Assembly: GCA_009842325.1 (NCBI GenBank)
Contig: VYFQ01000003.1
Span: 262,693-326,692, forward strand
Length of the DNA: 64,000 nucleotides
Direction of reading: 5' to 3'
From: Acidimicrobiaceae bacterium
GTDB taxonomy: Bacteria > Actinomycetota > Acidimicrobiia > Acidimicrobiales > Aldehydirespiratoraceae
This document shows, piece after piece, positions 35,405 through 47,661 of this stretch (within the stretch, counting starts at the first letter, position 1; each line of letters begins with the position of its first letter). A model generated the notes under the pieces. That model searched no databases. It was not told the origin of the DNA and saw nothing but the letters and a program-made list of their open reading frames with translations. Position numbers and translations under genes: made by a program.

Positions 35405-35421
35405 TGTAGACGTACCTCCCC

Positions 35422-36582
35422 ATGAAGATCACCGGCATTACACCCCATGTCGTCGGCAACAGCTGGAAGGACTGGCTCCTGGTGCGCGTCGACACCGACG
35501 AGGGGATCCACGGCGTGGGCGAGGGAACCGTCAACGTGTTCGCCCGCACCGTCGAGACGGCCATTCTGGAGCTCGAGGAGCGGATCGCCGGCCACGACCC
35601 CTTCGACATCGAGGCACTGCTTCTCGCCATGCAGCGAGACGTCTACACCGACGGCGGACAAGTCCACGGCGCGGCGGTCGCCGCGGTCGAGATCGCCTGC
35701 TGGGACATCATGGGCAAGGCGCTGGACCTGCCGGTGCACAAGCTGCTCGGAGGACGGCTGCGCGACCGGGTCCGGGCCTACGCCAACGGCTGGTACACCG
35801 TGGACCGCACCCCCGAGGCCTTCGCCGAAGCCGCCCGCGGGGTGGTCAACCTGGGCTTCACCGCCATGAAGTTCGATCCGTTCGGAGCGGCCTGGATGGC
35901 CCAGAGCGGCCACGACGAGGACTTGTCGATCTCCCTCGTCGAGGCGGTCCGCGCCGCGGTCGGCCCCGGGGTCGACCTCATGATCGAAGCCCACGGCCGT
36001 TTCGGGGTGTCCTCGGCGCTGCGCATCGCCGAGCGGCTCGCCCCCTTCCGCCCGGCGTGGTTCGAGGAGCCCGTCTCTCACCACAACATCGGTGTGCTCA
36101 CCAGCGTCGCCCGGCAGTCGCCCGTTCCGGTGGCCACCGGCGAGTCGTTCTCGAGCATCCAGCAGTTCGCCGAGCTGCTCGCCGGCGGGGCGGTGGGCAT
36201 CGTCCAGCCCGAGCCCGTCCACCTGGGCGGCATCTGGCGCACCCGGCAGGTCGCGGCCATGGCCGAGGCCAGCCACGCCGTGGTGGCGCCCCACAACGCC
36301 CAAGGCCCGATCTGCTCGGCGGTGAGCGCCCAGCTCGGAGCATGCGTGCCGAACTTCTACGTCCAGGAATCCTTCGACGTCTTCAACGAGGGCTGGACGC
36401 GCGACCTGGTCCACCCGCCCATCAACGTGGTCGACGGCCACGTCGAGGTTCCGGAAGGACCCGGACTGGGAGTCGAGATCGATTGGGACGGTGTCGAGAA
36501 GCACTCCAGCCGCCAGCCGCACTCACTGGAGCTGTTCGCCGAGGGCTGGGAGCAGCGAGGCCTAACCCAGGATCCGAACTGA
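35422..36582 (+). CDS. enolase-superfamily acid-sugar dehydratase (galactonate dehydratase-like)
   Basis: MKITGITPHVV...VRVDTDEGIHGVGEG, EIACWDIMGKALDLPVHKLLGG, MIEAHGRF, WFEEPV, VATGES and VAPHN motifs. Confidence 0.8.
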   Translation: MKITGITPHVVGNSWKDWLLVRVDTDEGIHGVGEGTVNVFARTVETAILELEERIAGHDPFDIEALLLAMQRDVYTDGGQVHGAAVAAVEIACWDIMGKALDLPVHKLLGGRLRDRVRAYANGWYTVDRTPEAFAEAARGVVNLGFTAMKFDPFGAAWMAQSGHDEDLSISLVEAVRAAVGPGVDLMIEAHGRFGVSSALRIAERLAPFRPAWFEEPVSHHNIGVLTSVARQSPVPVATGESFSSIQQFAELLAGGAVGIVQPEPVHLGGIWRTRQVAAMAEASHAVVAPHNAQGPICSAVSAQLGACVPNFYVQESFDVFNEGWTRDLVHPPINVVDGHVEVPEGPGLGVEIDWDGVEKHSSRQPHSLELFAEGWEQRGLTQDPN

Positions 36583-36634
36583 CCACCATCATCCAACCAA
36601 CCAAGCAAACCAACCAACCAGAAACCCGAACCCT
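36583..36634 (+). other. C/A-only leader with CCAA repeats upstream of the sugar-binding-protein RBS
   Basis: CCACCATCATCCAACCAACCAAGCAAACCAACCAACCAGAAACCCGAACCCT has 46 of 52 nt as A or C (3 G and 3 T by hand count). It is followed directly by AGGAGG (36635-36640) and the ATG at 36647. Confidence 0.6.
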
Positions 36635-36646
36635 AGGAGGGAACCA

Positions 36647-38017
36647 ATGAGCAAGACAGCCAACCGGCTTCAAAGCCTGCGCGACTCGAGCCTGAGCCGC
36701 CGCAACTTCGTGATCGGCAGCGGCGCGGCCGCCGTCGGTGGCGCCACGTTGCTGGCCGCCTGCGGCGACGATGACGAGGCTGCGCCAGCGGCCACGACCA
36801 CCGCCGCACCGGCCACAACCGCCGCACCGACCACAACCGCGGCCGCCGAGACCGGCGTCGGTACGACGACGCTCGGGTCGAACTACTCCGACGAGAAGCC
36901 GAGAAACGCGCTGGCCGCAGCCGTGGCCGCCACCGGCGTCGACACGATCATCAACACCATCGACCACAACACCTACCAGGAGAACTTCAACACCTACATC
37001 CAGCAGCCCGACGACGTGGTGGCCTGGTTCGCCGGCTACCGCATGCGGGCCTTCGCCAGCAAGGGCGTCGTGGGCGACATCTCCGACGTGTGGGACAACC
37101 TCCCCGGCATGTCGGACGGCTTCCGCAGCGCCGCCTCGGGCCTCGACGGCAAGCAGTACTTCGTGCCGCTGTACTTCTACCCGTGGGCCGTCCACTACCG
37201 CAAGAGCGTCTTCGCCGACAACGGCTACTCCATCCCCACCACCTGGGACGAGTTCAAGGGGCTGTGCGACACGATGGCCGCCGACGGCATCACCCCGCTG
37301 TGCGCCGCCAACGACGGCCGCTGGCCGCAGATGGGCATGTTCGACATGCTGAACATGCGGATCAACGGCTACGACTTCCACGTCAGCCTGATGGGCGGCC
37401 GGGAGAACTGGGAGGACGCCCGAGTGCAGAACATCTTCAGCACTTGGGAGGAGATCCTTCCCTACTACCAGCCCGACCCCAACGGCCGCACCTGGCAGGA
37501 CGCCGCCAACGCCCTGGGCGATAAGTCGGCGGGCATGTACCTGATCGGCACGTTCCTCACGTCGAACTTCGACGGCGACACCCAGGCCGACATCATCGAC
37601 GACATCGACTTCTTCCTGTTCCCCGAGGTCGACCCGGCCTACGGCCAGGACGCCATCGAGGCGCCGATCGACGGCTTCATGATGGCCGCCGATCCGGCCA
37701 ACGAGGAAGGGGCCAAGGCCCTGCTCGCCGGCCTCGGCTCGGTCGCGGCCATCGACGCCTACCTGTCGGTGGACCCGTCGGTGGTGGCCGCCAACAGCAA
37801 CGCCGACACCAGCGGCTACAACGCCCTGCAGAAGAAGTCGGCCGAGGCGGTCGGCTCGGCCAAGTTCATCTCGCAGTTCCTCGACCGCGACACCGATCCC
37901 GACTTCGCAGCCAACGTGGCCGGCGTCGGCATCGCCGACTTCCTGGCCACGCCGGGGAACATCGGCACGATCCTCGCCGACATCGAGGCCAAGAAGCAGA
38001 CCTACACCTTCGAGTGA
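36647..38017 (+). CDS. carbohydrate ABC transporter substrate-binding lipoprotein (CUT1 family), Tat signal
   Basis: SRRNFVIGSGAAAVGGATLLAAC contains a twin-arginine motif plus lipobox, followed by a Thr/Ala/Pro linker and a family-1 solute-binding domain. Confidence 0.85.
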   Translation: MSKTANRLQSLRDSSLSRRNFVIGSGAAAVGGATLLAACGDDDEAAPAATTTAAPATTAAPTTTAAAETGVGTTTLGSNYSDEKPRNALAAAVAATGVDTIINTIDHNTYQENFNTYIQQPDDVVAWFAGYRMRAFASKGVVGDISDVWDNLPGMSDGFRSAASGLDGKQYFVPLYFYPWAVHYRKSVFADNGYSIPTTWDEFKGLCDTMAADGITPLCAANDGRWPQMGMFDMLNMRINGYDFHVSLMGGRENWEDARVQNIFSTWEEILPYYQPDPNGRTWQDAANALGDKSAGMYLIGTFLTSNFDGDTQADIIDDIDFFLFPEVDPAYGQDAIEAPIDGFMMAADPANEEGAKALLAGLGSVAAIDAYLSVDPSVVAANSNADTSGYNALQKKSAEAVGSAKFISQFLDRDTDPDFAANVAGVGIADFLATPGNIGTILADIEAKKQTYTFE

Positions 38018-38078
38018 TGATCTCCGGGTCGCACGCTCCGCTGCGGGCGAGACTCGGCGGATAACTACGGTTCCCCCC

Positions 38079-39056
38079 GTGCGAGCGACGACGGCGGCCT
38101 CCCGATCTGGGCGCCGCCGTCGTCGCTCGACCTCTCTTTCCCGCGTCGACCGGATCTGGCTGTGGGTAATGGTCGGCGTGCCCGCCGCCCTGCACATCGG
38201 GCTGGTCTGGATACCGGCGACGCTGACCGTCATCCTCTCCTTCGCCGAGTGGGACAACCTGGCGCCGCTGAGCGACATCCGCGACGTCGGCTTCCGCAAC
38301 TACTGGTTCATCTTCACCGTCTTCGAGGGTGACCTGTTCGGGGCGCTGTTCAACAACTTCGTGCTGATCATCTGGCTCACGATCTGCTCGGCGATCGGCA
38401 TGCTGTTCGCCTACCTGCTGGACAAGAACATCCGGGGCAGCCGCTTCTACCAGAGCGTCTACTACTTCCCGGTGGTGCTGTCGCTGGCCGTCGTCGGCTT
38501 CATCTGGAAGTCGACGATGTTCTCCCGGGACCGAGGCCTACTCAACACCCTGTGGCCGGGAGGGCCGATCGACTTCGTCGGGGACGGCACCAAGATCTTC
38601 TCGTTCGACCTGCCGTTCCTCGACCCGGCTCTCGGGCTGTCCAAGAACTTCGCCGCCCTGCTGGTGGCCATGGCCTGGCGGCACATCGGCTACATCATGG
38701 TGATGTACCTGGCCGGCCTGAAGGCGGTCGATCAGGCTCTGCGGGAAGCGGCTGCCATCGACGGCTGCAACGAGTGGCAGGCGTTCAGGCGGGTGATCTT
38801 TCCCTCCCTGAAGCCGATCAACGTGATCGTGGTCGTGATCACCGCCATCGAGGCTCTGCGGGCCTACGACATCATCGCCGCCCTCAACGAGCCCCGGGGC
38901 ACCGACGTGATGGGCACGCTGGTCACCAAGAGCCTGCTGGGCGAGGGCGGCGGGCGGGTCGGGTTCGGCTCGGCCTACGGCGTGGTGATGCTCCTGCTCT
39001 GCCTCGGCTTCATCATCTGGTACGTGATCAACCACTACCGGGAGTCTGAGCTGTGA
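38079..39056 (+). CDS. carbohydrate ABC transporter permease (MalF-like)
   Basis: Multi-helix hydrophobic profile with the EAA loop LREAAAIDGCNEWQAFRRVIFPSLKP. The start is uncertain. Confidence 0.8.
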   Translation: MRATTAASRSGRRRRRSTSLSRVDRIWLWVMVGVPAALHIGLVWIPATLTVILSFAEWDNLAPLSDIRDVGFRNYWFIFTVFEGDLFGALFNNFVLIIWLTICSAIGMLFAYLLDKNIRGSRFYQSVYYFPVVLSLAVVGFIWKSTMFSRDRGLLNTLWPGGPIDFVGDGTKIFSFDLPFLDPALGLSKNFAALLVAMAWRHIGYIMVMYLAGLKAVDQALREAAAIDGCNEWQAFRRVIFPSLKPINVIVVVITAIEALRAYDIIAALNEPRGTDVMGTLVTKSLLGEGGGRVGFGSAYGVVMLLLCLGFIIWYVINHYRESEL

Positions 39057-39967
39057 GCGACACCGCCGTCGCCGCGCCCCCCGCCGCCAAGCACAAGGGG
39101 CCCCGCGTGAAGCCCATGAGGCTCCTGCTGTACGCCTTCCTGACCGTGATGGCGCTGGCCTGGCTGGTGCCCGTCGGAACTGCCGTCTACAACTCGTTCC
39201 GCTACTGGGAGGCCGACACCCAGCCCAACGGGGCCTTCTCGCTGCCCGAAACGCTCACCCTCGACAACTACCGGGACGCCTGGAATGTGGGAGAGATGGC
39301 CAAGACGTTCGGCAACACCGCCTTCATCGTGATCCCGGCGCTGTTCTTCACCCTGCTGCTGGCCGCCATGGTGGCCTACGCCTGCACCCGCTACAGCTGG
39401 AAGTTCAACATCGCCTTCCTGGTGCTGTTCACCGCCGGCAACCTCATGCCCCAGCAGGTGCTGTTCCAGCCCCTGTTCCAGTTCTTCAAGCGGATGCCGT
39501 GGCCCGACATCCTCTCCGACACCGACACCGGCAGCCTGCTGGGCACCAAGATCGCCGTCATCCTGATCCACGTCGCCTTCCAGGTCGGATTCTGCACGTT
39601 CGTCCTGTCGAACTACATGAAGACCATCCCCAAGGAGATCGACGAAGCCGCCGCGGTCGACGGGGCCGGAGTGTGGCGCCGCTTCTTCAAGATCATCCTC
39701 CCGCTGACCCGGCCCGCTCTCGCGGCATTGGGCACGCTGGAGTTCACCTGGCTCTACAACGACTTCTTCTGGGGCGCGGTGCTGCTCAACCGGGGCGACG
39801 AACGCCCCATCACCTCGTCGATCGCGGTGCTCAACGGCCAGTGGGCCAGCGACTTCAACCTGATCGCAGCCGCTTCCATCCTCATAGCCCTGCCTACGCT
39901 GGTCGTATACCTGATCTTGCAGAAGCAGTTCATCTCGGGCCTCACGCTGGGCGCCAGCAAGGGCTAA
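39053..39967 (+). CDS. carbohydrate ABC transporter permease (MalG-like)
   Basis: EAA loop IDEAAAVDGAGVWRRFFKIILPLTRP; 4-nt overlap with the preceding permease gene. Confidence 0.85.
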   Translation: MSDTAVAAPPAAKHKGPRVKPMRLLLYAFLTVMALAWLVPVGTAVYNSFRYWEADTQPNGAFSLPETLTLDNYRDAWNVGEMAKTFGNTAFIVIPALFFTLLLAAMVAYACTRYSWKFNIAFLVLFTAGNLMPQQVLFQPLFQFFKRMPWPDILSDTDTGSLLGTKIAVILIHVAFQVGFCTFVLSNYMKTIPKEIDEAAAVDGAGVWRRFFKIILPLTRPALAALGTLEFTWLYNDFFWGAVLLNRGDERPITSSIAVLNGQWASDFNLIAAASILIALPTLVVYLILQKQFISGLTLGASKG

Positions 39968-39986
39968 GCAACAAGCGGGGGCCGGA

Positions 39987-42083
39987 GTGATCCACTTGCG
40001 TGGCCGCGGCACCGACGTGGTGGTCGACCTGTCGCACGGCGCGCCGAAGGTCGTGCACTGGGGCGCGCCGTTGTCCGAGCCCGACGGCTCAGCGCTCGAG
40101 GCCGCGCTGGAGCGTCCGCGGGTGCACGCCGCTCCAGACACAGTCGCGCCGGTCTCGGTCGTGCCGGAGCACGGGTCCGGCTTCCCGGGACGGCCCGGGC
40201 TGCTCGGCTCCCGGCCCGACGGGCGCGGTTGGGCGCCCCGGTTCCGGCCCGCCCGGCATGCGCTCGACGGGGGGCGGCTCACCGTGGAGGCGCTCGACGA
40301 CGTCGCCGGCCTCGCCCTGACCACGACGATCAGCCTCGACCATGCCCTGTCGGTGCGAGTCGAGGTCACCAACCTGAGCCCGGATGAGCCCTACCGGCTA
40401 GATGGCCTGAGCATCACCCTGCCGGTCCCGGCTCGGGCCTCCGAGCTCCTCACGATGGGCGGACGCTGGGGCCGAGAGTTCCAGGTGCGGCGGACCCCCT
40501 GGTCCGGGGGCGCGCACACCGTCGAGAACCGCCGGGGCCGCACATCCCACGAGCATCCGCCGCTGCTGTTCGCCGGCGACGCCGGCTTCGGTGAGAGCAC
40601 CGGCGCAGTGTGGGGCGCTCACCTCGCCTGGACCGGCAACCATGCGCTCCTGGCCGAGCGACTGCCCGACGGGCGGCGGTACGTGCAGCTCGGCGAACTC
40701 CTCCATCCCGGCGAGATCACGCTCGCGCCCGGGGAGTCGTACCGCAGCCCCGAGGTGGTCGCCGTCCACAGCGAGGCGGGGCTGACCGCAGCCACCCAGC
40801 AGTTCCATCGCCGGCTTCGGGCCCGACCCGAGCACCCGCGGTCGCCGCGGCCGGTGGTGTTCAACACCTGGGAGGCGACCTACTTCGACCACGACCTCGA
40901 CCGGCTGCTGGCGCTGGCCGAACGGGCCGCCCGGATCGGGATCGAGCGTTTCGTGCTCGACGACGGCTGGTTCGGCTCCCGCCGCGACGACACGTCGGGC
41001 CTCGGCGACTGGACAGTGTCGGCCGACGCCCACCCGGAAGGCCTCGATCCCCTGATCGCTCACGTCACCGGTCTGGGAATGGCCTTCGGCATCTGGGTCG
41101 AGCCGGGGATGGTCAACCCCGACAGCGACCTCTACCGGGCCCATCCCGAGTGGGCGCTGGCCAACGACGGCTACCAGCCCGTGCTGGCCCGCAACCAACT
41201 CGTGCTCGACCTGGCCCGCCCCGAGGCGTTCGACCACGTTCTGGGCCAACTCGACAGGCTGCTCGCCGACCACGACATCACCTTCCTGAAGTGGGACATG
41301 AACCGCGACCACATCGGGGCGGGCGGGGCCGGCAGCCGGGCCGGCACCCACGCCCAGACGGTGGCCGTGTACCGGCTCATGGACATGCTGCGCCAGCGGC
41401 ATCCCGGGGTGGAGATCGAGAGCTGCTCCTCCGGCGGGGCCCGGGTCGACCATGAGATTCTCCGACGCACCGAGCGGGTCTGGACCAGCGACTGCACCGA
41501 CCCTCTCGAGCGCCAGGCGATCCAGCGGGGCGCGTCGATGCTGATCCCGCTCGAGATGATGGGGGCCCACATCGGGCCGGAGCGCTCCCACACCACCGGC
41601 CGGCGCCACGATCTCGCCTTCCGGGCAGCAACATCGCTCTTCGGGCACTTCGGTGTGGAGTGCGACCTGCTCGAATTCTCCGACGCGGAGTTGGACGACC
41701 TCGCCGAGGCGATATCGCTGCACAAGCGGTTCAGGCCCATGCTGCACAGCGGCGATGTGGTGCGCTTCGACACCGAACCCGCCTACATGGCGCACGGGGT
41801 GTACCGGCCCGACCTCTCGGAGGCGCTGATCAGCTTCGCGGTGGTTGCGCCGGTGCCGAGCCTGACCCCTCCGCCCCTGCTGCTGCCAGGACTAGATCCC
41901 GGCCGGCGGTACCGGGTCGAGCGGGCGCCTCTCCCGGGCGAGCGCAGCGGCCCGACCCACTCGTCGCCGCCGTGGTGGGACAAGGGCGCGGTGCTGCGAG
42001 GCGATGAACTGGCCCATCTCGGCCTCCAGCTGCCCCCGCTGCATCCCGAGACCGCTGTGCTGATCCACCTCGACACCGCCTGA
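39987..42083 (+). CDS. alpha-galactosidase (GH36)
   Basis: VVFNTWEATYFDHD, FVLDDGWFGSRRDDTSGLGDW, GIWVEPGMVNPDS, FLKWDMNRD and ESCSSGGARVD match the GH36 catalytic core. Confidence 0.85.
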   Translation: MIHLRGRGTDVVVDLSHGAPKVVHWGAPLSEPDGSALEAALERPRVHAAPDTVAPVSVVPEHGSGFPGRPGLLGSRPDGRGWAPRFRPARHALDGGRLTVEALDDVAGLALTTTISLDHALSVRVEVTNLSPDEPYRLDGLSITLPVPARASELLTMGGRWGREFQVRRTPWSGGAHTVENRRGRTSHEHPPLLFAGDAGFGESTGAVWGAHLAWTGNHALLAERLPDGRRYVQLGELLHPGEITLAPGESYRSPEVVAVHSEAGLTAATQQFHRRLRARPEHPRSPRPVVFNTWEATYFDHDLDRLLALAERAARIGIERFVLDDGWFGSRRDDTSGLGDWTVSADAHPEGLDPLIAHVTGLGMAFGIWVEPGMVNPDSDLYRAHPEWALANDGYQPVLARNQLVLDLARPEAFDHVLGQLDRLLADHDITFLKWDMNRDHIGAGGAGSRAGTHAQTVAVYRLMDMLRQRHPGVEIESCSSGGARVDHEILRRTERVWTSDCTDPLERQAIQRGASMLIPLEMMGAHIGPERSHTTGRRHDLAFRAATSLFGHFGVECDLLEFSDAELDDLAEAISLHKRFRPMLHSGDVVRFDTEPAYMAHGVYRPDLSEALISFAVVAPVPSLTPPPLLLPGLDPGRRYRVERAPLPGERSGPTHSSPPWWDKGAVLRGDELAHLGLQLPPLHPETAVLIHLDTA

Positions 42084-42105
42084 AGTCCGAGCGGCCAGCG
42101 GCGAT

Positions 42106-45057
42106 TCAAGCCCGTGTGACGCTCACCCGGTAGGCGAACTCGTGGCGCCCGGATGCGATCCGGTACTCGGGCAGCACGCCTGGTCCGCAGCTGGCGGTGC
42201 CCAGGCCCCGGTGGGCGGCGTCCAGGCATACGACTAGGCCGTCGCGGCGCCGGACCTCGGACTGGGTCGAGGCCTCGAACAGGTCCGAGGCCCGGTGATG
42301 GATCGCCGAGACATGCATTGTGTTGGGTTGCAGGGCGTCGATGCGGACCGCCTCACCGCCGTCGGGATCGATGATCTCCAGCCACCGGCAGCCGGTGCGC
42401 AGCCCGAACTCCTGGGGCACCAGGTAGGGCAGCTCGTCGGGCGGGCCGTGCCAGACGCCCGTCGTCGCGCTCCGGTTCCGGTCCGGGTAGTTCTCGTGGG
42501 GGCCCCGCCCGTACCAGCGGAGTTCGCGGAACCGGGGAGGCAGCTCGAACCGGACACCGATCCGGGGTAGGTCGGCCAGCGCTTCCGGCACCTCGACCGT
42601 GTGCCGGTAGGTGGTGCCGTGATCGTCGTGCTCGACCTGCACGCGGTGTGCGACCAGCTCGTCGGCCGGTCGGCTGTGGAGGCCGGCCTGTCTCCACCGG
42701 CGAAGGGCCTGGCCGCCCACCCCGAGGCGCTCCGAGAGTTCGGGCATCAGCTTGAAGCCGTCGTTGTCGGTCGGGGCTCGCCACAGGTTGAGAGTGGGGG
42801 AGACCAGGTGGTCGGCCGGCGAGCCATCGGGACGTCGCCTCGCCGGGTTGCCGGCGCAGGCCAGCTCTACCTGGTCCCAGGACACCACATGGCCCGCCGG
42901 CGCGAACCAGGTGTCGCGAACGGTCTCCCATCGGACGGTGAGATGTGCGTCGCGGTCCAGGTCCGGATCGAGGGCGGCCTCCGGGAGGGGGATCGTCGCA
43001 GATGCGTGCCCAGCGACCTCGGGCACGGCCAGCACGCCGCTATCGGCGACCTCGCCGTCCACGAGCAACTCCCAGCCGGCCCGCAGTTCCGCGAGGCCCG
43101 TGAAGGCCCGTCGGTTCTCGATCCGCAGACCGCGGCCGTCGCCGGTGACCACGACCGGCCGATAAACCCAGGCGACCTCCCGCATGGCCGGGTGGGGCTC
43201 CAGGTCGGCGGACACGAGCCCGTCGGCCACGAAGTTGCCGTCATGGGGGGCGTCGCCGAACTGGCCGCCGTAGGCGAGCCTCACCGTGCCGTCCGGGAGG
43301 CGCTGGCGCAGGGCCTGGTCCTTCCACTCCCACAGGAAGCCCCCCTGGAGACCGGGGGTCGCCTCGATCACGTCCCAGTAGTCGGCCAGCGAGCCGTTGC
43401 TGTTGCCCATGGCGTGGCTGTACTCGCACATGATCAGCGGCCTCCGGCCGGTGCCGGCCTCGCCGTAGCTGCGGATGGCGTCGATCTGCGGGTACATGGG
43501 GCACACGATGTCGGTGGCGGTCTCGCCGCCTTCCTCCCAGCCCCGGAGGTTGATCGCCGGCTCGTAGTGCAGGGGCCGGGTTGGGTCCGCTTCCCGGATC
43601 CATGCGGCCAGGGCGTCGTGGTTGGCGCCGTAGCCGGTCTCGTTGCCGAGGCTCCACACGATCACCGACGGATGGTTCCGGTCCCGTTGAACTATGCGGG
43701 CGCCGCGGTCCACGAAGGCGTCCCGGTAGGCGGCGTCGTCACAGATGGAGTCCTCGTAAGCGTGGCCCTCGATGTTGGCCTCGTCCACGACGTAGAAGCC
43801 CAGCTCGTCGCAGAGCGCGTAGAAGGCATCGTCGTTGGGGTAGTGCGACGTCCGCACGGCGTTGATGTTGTGGAGCCGCATCAGCCGCAGGTCGTCCCGC
43901 ATGTCCTCGACGGTCACGGCCTTGCCCGTATCGGGGTGATGGTCGTGGCGGTTCACCCCGAAGACCCGGATGGGCTGGCCGTTCACCAGCAGCTGCCGGT
44001 CGCGTACCTCCACCCGGCGCAGCCCGACCCGCTGCGTCTCGCTCTGGATGACGCTCCCGCCGGGATCCACCAACTCGGCAGCAAGCGTGTAGAGCCGGGG
44101 CGTCTCCGCGCTCCACGCCTCGGCGTGGGTGAGGTCCCATCGCGCGCCCGTCTCGGATCCGTTGCCCCTCGGGTCGGGTTGATGGCGCACGGGGGTCTCC
44201 ACCGCAGGTCCCGAAGGCCGGCCGGTGGGGTCGTGCAGCTCGAACCGCATCGACCAGCCCGGTGCCGGGTCGACGCCGAAGTCAACCGCGGCCGTCGCCG
44301 CTACCGTCCCTGCGCCCGTGGCCGGATCGAAATCGGTCGCCACGCGGATGTCACCGATATGGACGCTGGGGCGCGACTCGATCCACACCGATCGATGCAG
44401 GCCGGCCATCCACCACTGATCCTGGTCCTCGATATAGCTGTGGGCGCTGTACCGCACGACCACGATGGCCAGATCGTTGGCCTCCTGGGTCAGCAGACGG
44501 CCGATTTCGTACTCGCTGGGGAGGCGGCTGTCGGTGCCGTATCCCACGAACCGGCCGTTGACGTAGACCGCGTGGACGCTCTCGGCACCGCCCACATGAA
44601 GGACGGTCCGGTCGTCTTGCCAATCCGTAGGCACCGTCACCGTCCGGCGATAGACCCCGGCCGGGTTGCGGTCGGGCAGCCGTGGCGGCGGGCCGTCGAA
44701 CGGCATCTGGACGTTGGTGTAGTGGGGTTTGTCGACGAACGCCTCGCCATGGGCGTTCGAGAGGTCCTGCATGGTCCAGTTGCCGGGCACGGCTGCTCGC
44801 ACGGCGTTCGGCCGGATGCCGGTCAGCGCGTCGGCCGGTACGTCGTCGGGACTGTCGAACAGCTCGAGCGACCAGACGCCGTCGAGTTGCTGGCGCCGGA
44901 ATCCTGTCAGCGGGACGTGCATCTCCAGCCGGTTCATCTGGAGGACCGTCGGGTCCGCCCACGGTCTCAGCTCTCCAAGCACAGGCAGCACGGCCCGAAA
45001 CGGTAACGGGGCGCGGCTGCGAGCCGTAGCCCTGTACCGGGCCGCTTTCGGTACCAT
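42106..45057 (-). CDS. beta-galactosidase (GH2)
   Basis: [19 protein letters not shown]-terminus, [24 protein letters not shown] and the C-terminal small-chain domain. The start is uncertain: ATG 45057 or GTG 44991. The ORF-track start at 45339 would run through uvrB. Confidence 0.85.
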   Translation of the reverse strand: MVPKAARYRATARSRAPLPFRAVLPVLGELRPWADPTVLQMNRLEMHVPLTGFRRQQLDGVWSLELFDSPDDVPADALTGIRPNAVRAAVPGNWTMQDLSNAHGEAFVDKPHYTNVQMPFDGPPPRLPDRNPAGVYRRTVTVPTDWQDDRTVLHVGGAESVHAVYVNGRFVGYGTDSRLPSEYEIGRLLTQEANDLAIVVVRYSAHSYIEDQDQWWMAGLHRSVWIESRPSVHIGDIRVATDFDPATGAGTVAATAAVDFGVDPAPGWSMRFELHDPTGRPSGPAVETPVRHQPDPRGNGSETGARWDLTHAEAWSAETPRLYTLAAELVDPGGSVIQSETQRVGLRRVEVRDRQLLVNGQPIRVFGVNRHDHHPDTGKAVTVEDMRDDLRLMRLHNINAVRTSHYPNDDAFYALCDELGFYVVDEANIEGHAYEDSICDDAAYRDAFVDRGARIVQRDRNHPSVIVWSLGNETGYGANHDALAAWIREADPTRPLHYEPAINLRGWEEGGETATDIVCPMYPQIDAIRSYGEAGTGRRPLIMCEYSHAMGNSNGSLADYWDVIEATPGLQGGFLWEWKDQALRQRLPDGTVRLAYGGQFGDAPHDGNFVADGLVSADLEPHPAMREVAWVYRPVVVTGDGRGLRIENRRAFTGLAELRAGWELLVDGEVADSGVLAVPEVAGHASATIPLPEAALDPDLDRDAHLTVRWETVRDTWFAPAGHVVSWDQVELACAGNPARRRPDGSPADHLVSPTLNLWRAPTDNDGFKLMPELSERLGVGGQALRRWRQAGLHSRPADELVAHRVQVEHDDHGTTYRHTVEVPEALADLPRIGVRFELPPRFRELRWYGRGPHENYPDRNRSATTGVWHGPPDELPYLVPQEFGLRTGCRWLEIIDPDGGEAVRIDALQPNTMHVSAIHHRASDLFEASTQSEVRRRDGLVVCLDAAHRGLGTASCGPGVLPEYRIASGRHEFAYRVSVTRA

Positions 45058-45064
45058 CTCGGCG

Positions 45065-47137
<2,073 letters not shown>

Positions 47138-47149
47138 CTGCGTGTCGGG

Positions 47150-47593
47150 TCAGGTGGCTTCGAAGACCTCGGCACCGGACCAGCAGGTGACCGTGTCCGG
47201 GTCCACGGCGATGCCGCCGCCGCAGGTGCATCTCGGGCGCTCGTCGTCGAGGAGGCGGCCCTCGGTGTCCCAGAGTTGCAGCGTGTGCTCTCGTACGGGT
47301 TCGCGCACGACTCTCAGCCAGCGTCCACGGCCCCGGTTGGTCAGCGCCTCGACCAACGTAGAGACCATGTCAGGAGGCGCGGGCTCGTTGGTCTTGATGC
47401 AGTAGAACGTGCCGCCGATCCCGAGTTCGTGGGGACCGTCCTCGTACTTGTCGAGGTAGTCCACGGTGTGCTGCGGGTCGTAGTCCGGCGGCGGCACACC
47501 GTCGAGGGTCAGCGTCTGGCGTCCGTCCGTGCGCATTGCGTACAAGTTGACCGCGACCCACGACTCTCGGGCGAAGGGAATGGTGCCCGTCAT
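47150..47593 (-). CDS. hypothetical protein (147 aa, no family recognised)
   Basis: GGAGG RBS 7 nt upstream of the ATG at 47593, with coding-like composition. The C-terminus has a small Cys cluster (RPRCTCGGGIAVDPDTVTCW). Confidence 0.6.
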   Translation of the reverse strand: MTGTIPFARESWVAVNLYAMRTDGRQTLTLDGVPPPDYDPQHTVDYLDKYEDGPHELGIGGTFYCIKTNEPAPPDMVSTLVEALTNRGRGRWLRVVREPVREHTLQLWDTEGRLLDDERPRCTCGGGIAVDPDTVTCWSGAEVFEAT

Positions 47594-47661
47594 CGCAATT
47601 CCTCCTCAAATTCGGAGATATCTCAGAAAATAACTTAAAACATCATAACAATGCTTAACAA
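47594..47661. promoter_or_regulatory. AT-rich divergent intergenic region with the perfect palindrome GAGATATCTC
   Basis: 68 nt with 22 G+C (about 32%, hand count), in a genome that is otherwise about two-thirds G+C. The 10-bp palindrome lies at 47615-47624, and several TANNNT hexamers are present (TAACTT at 47631, TAACAA at 47646). Confidence 0.55.
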
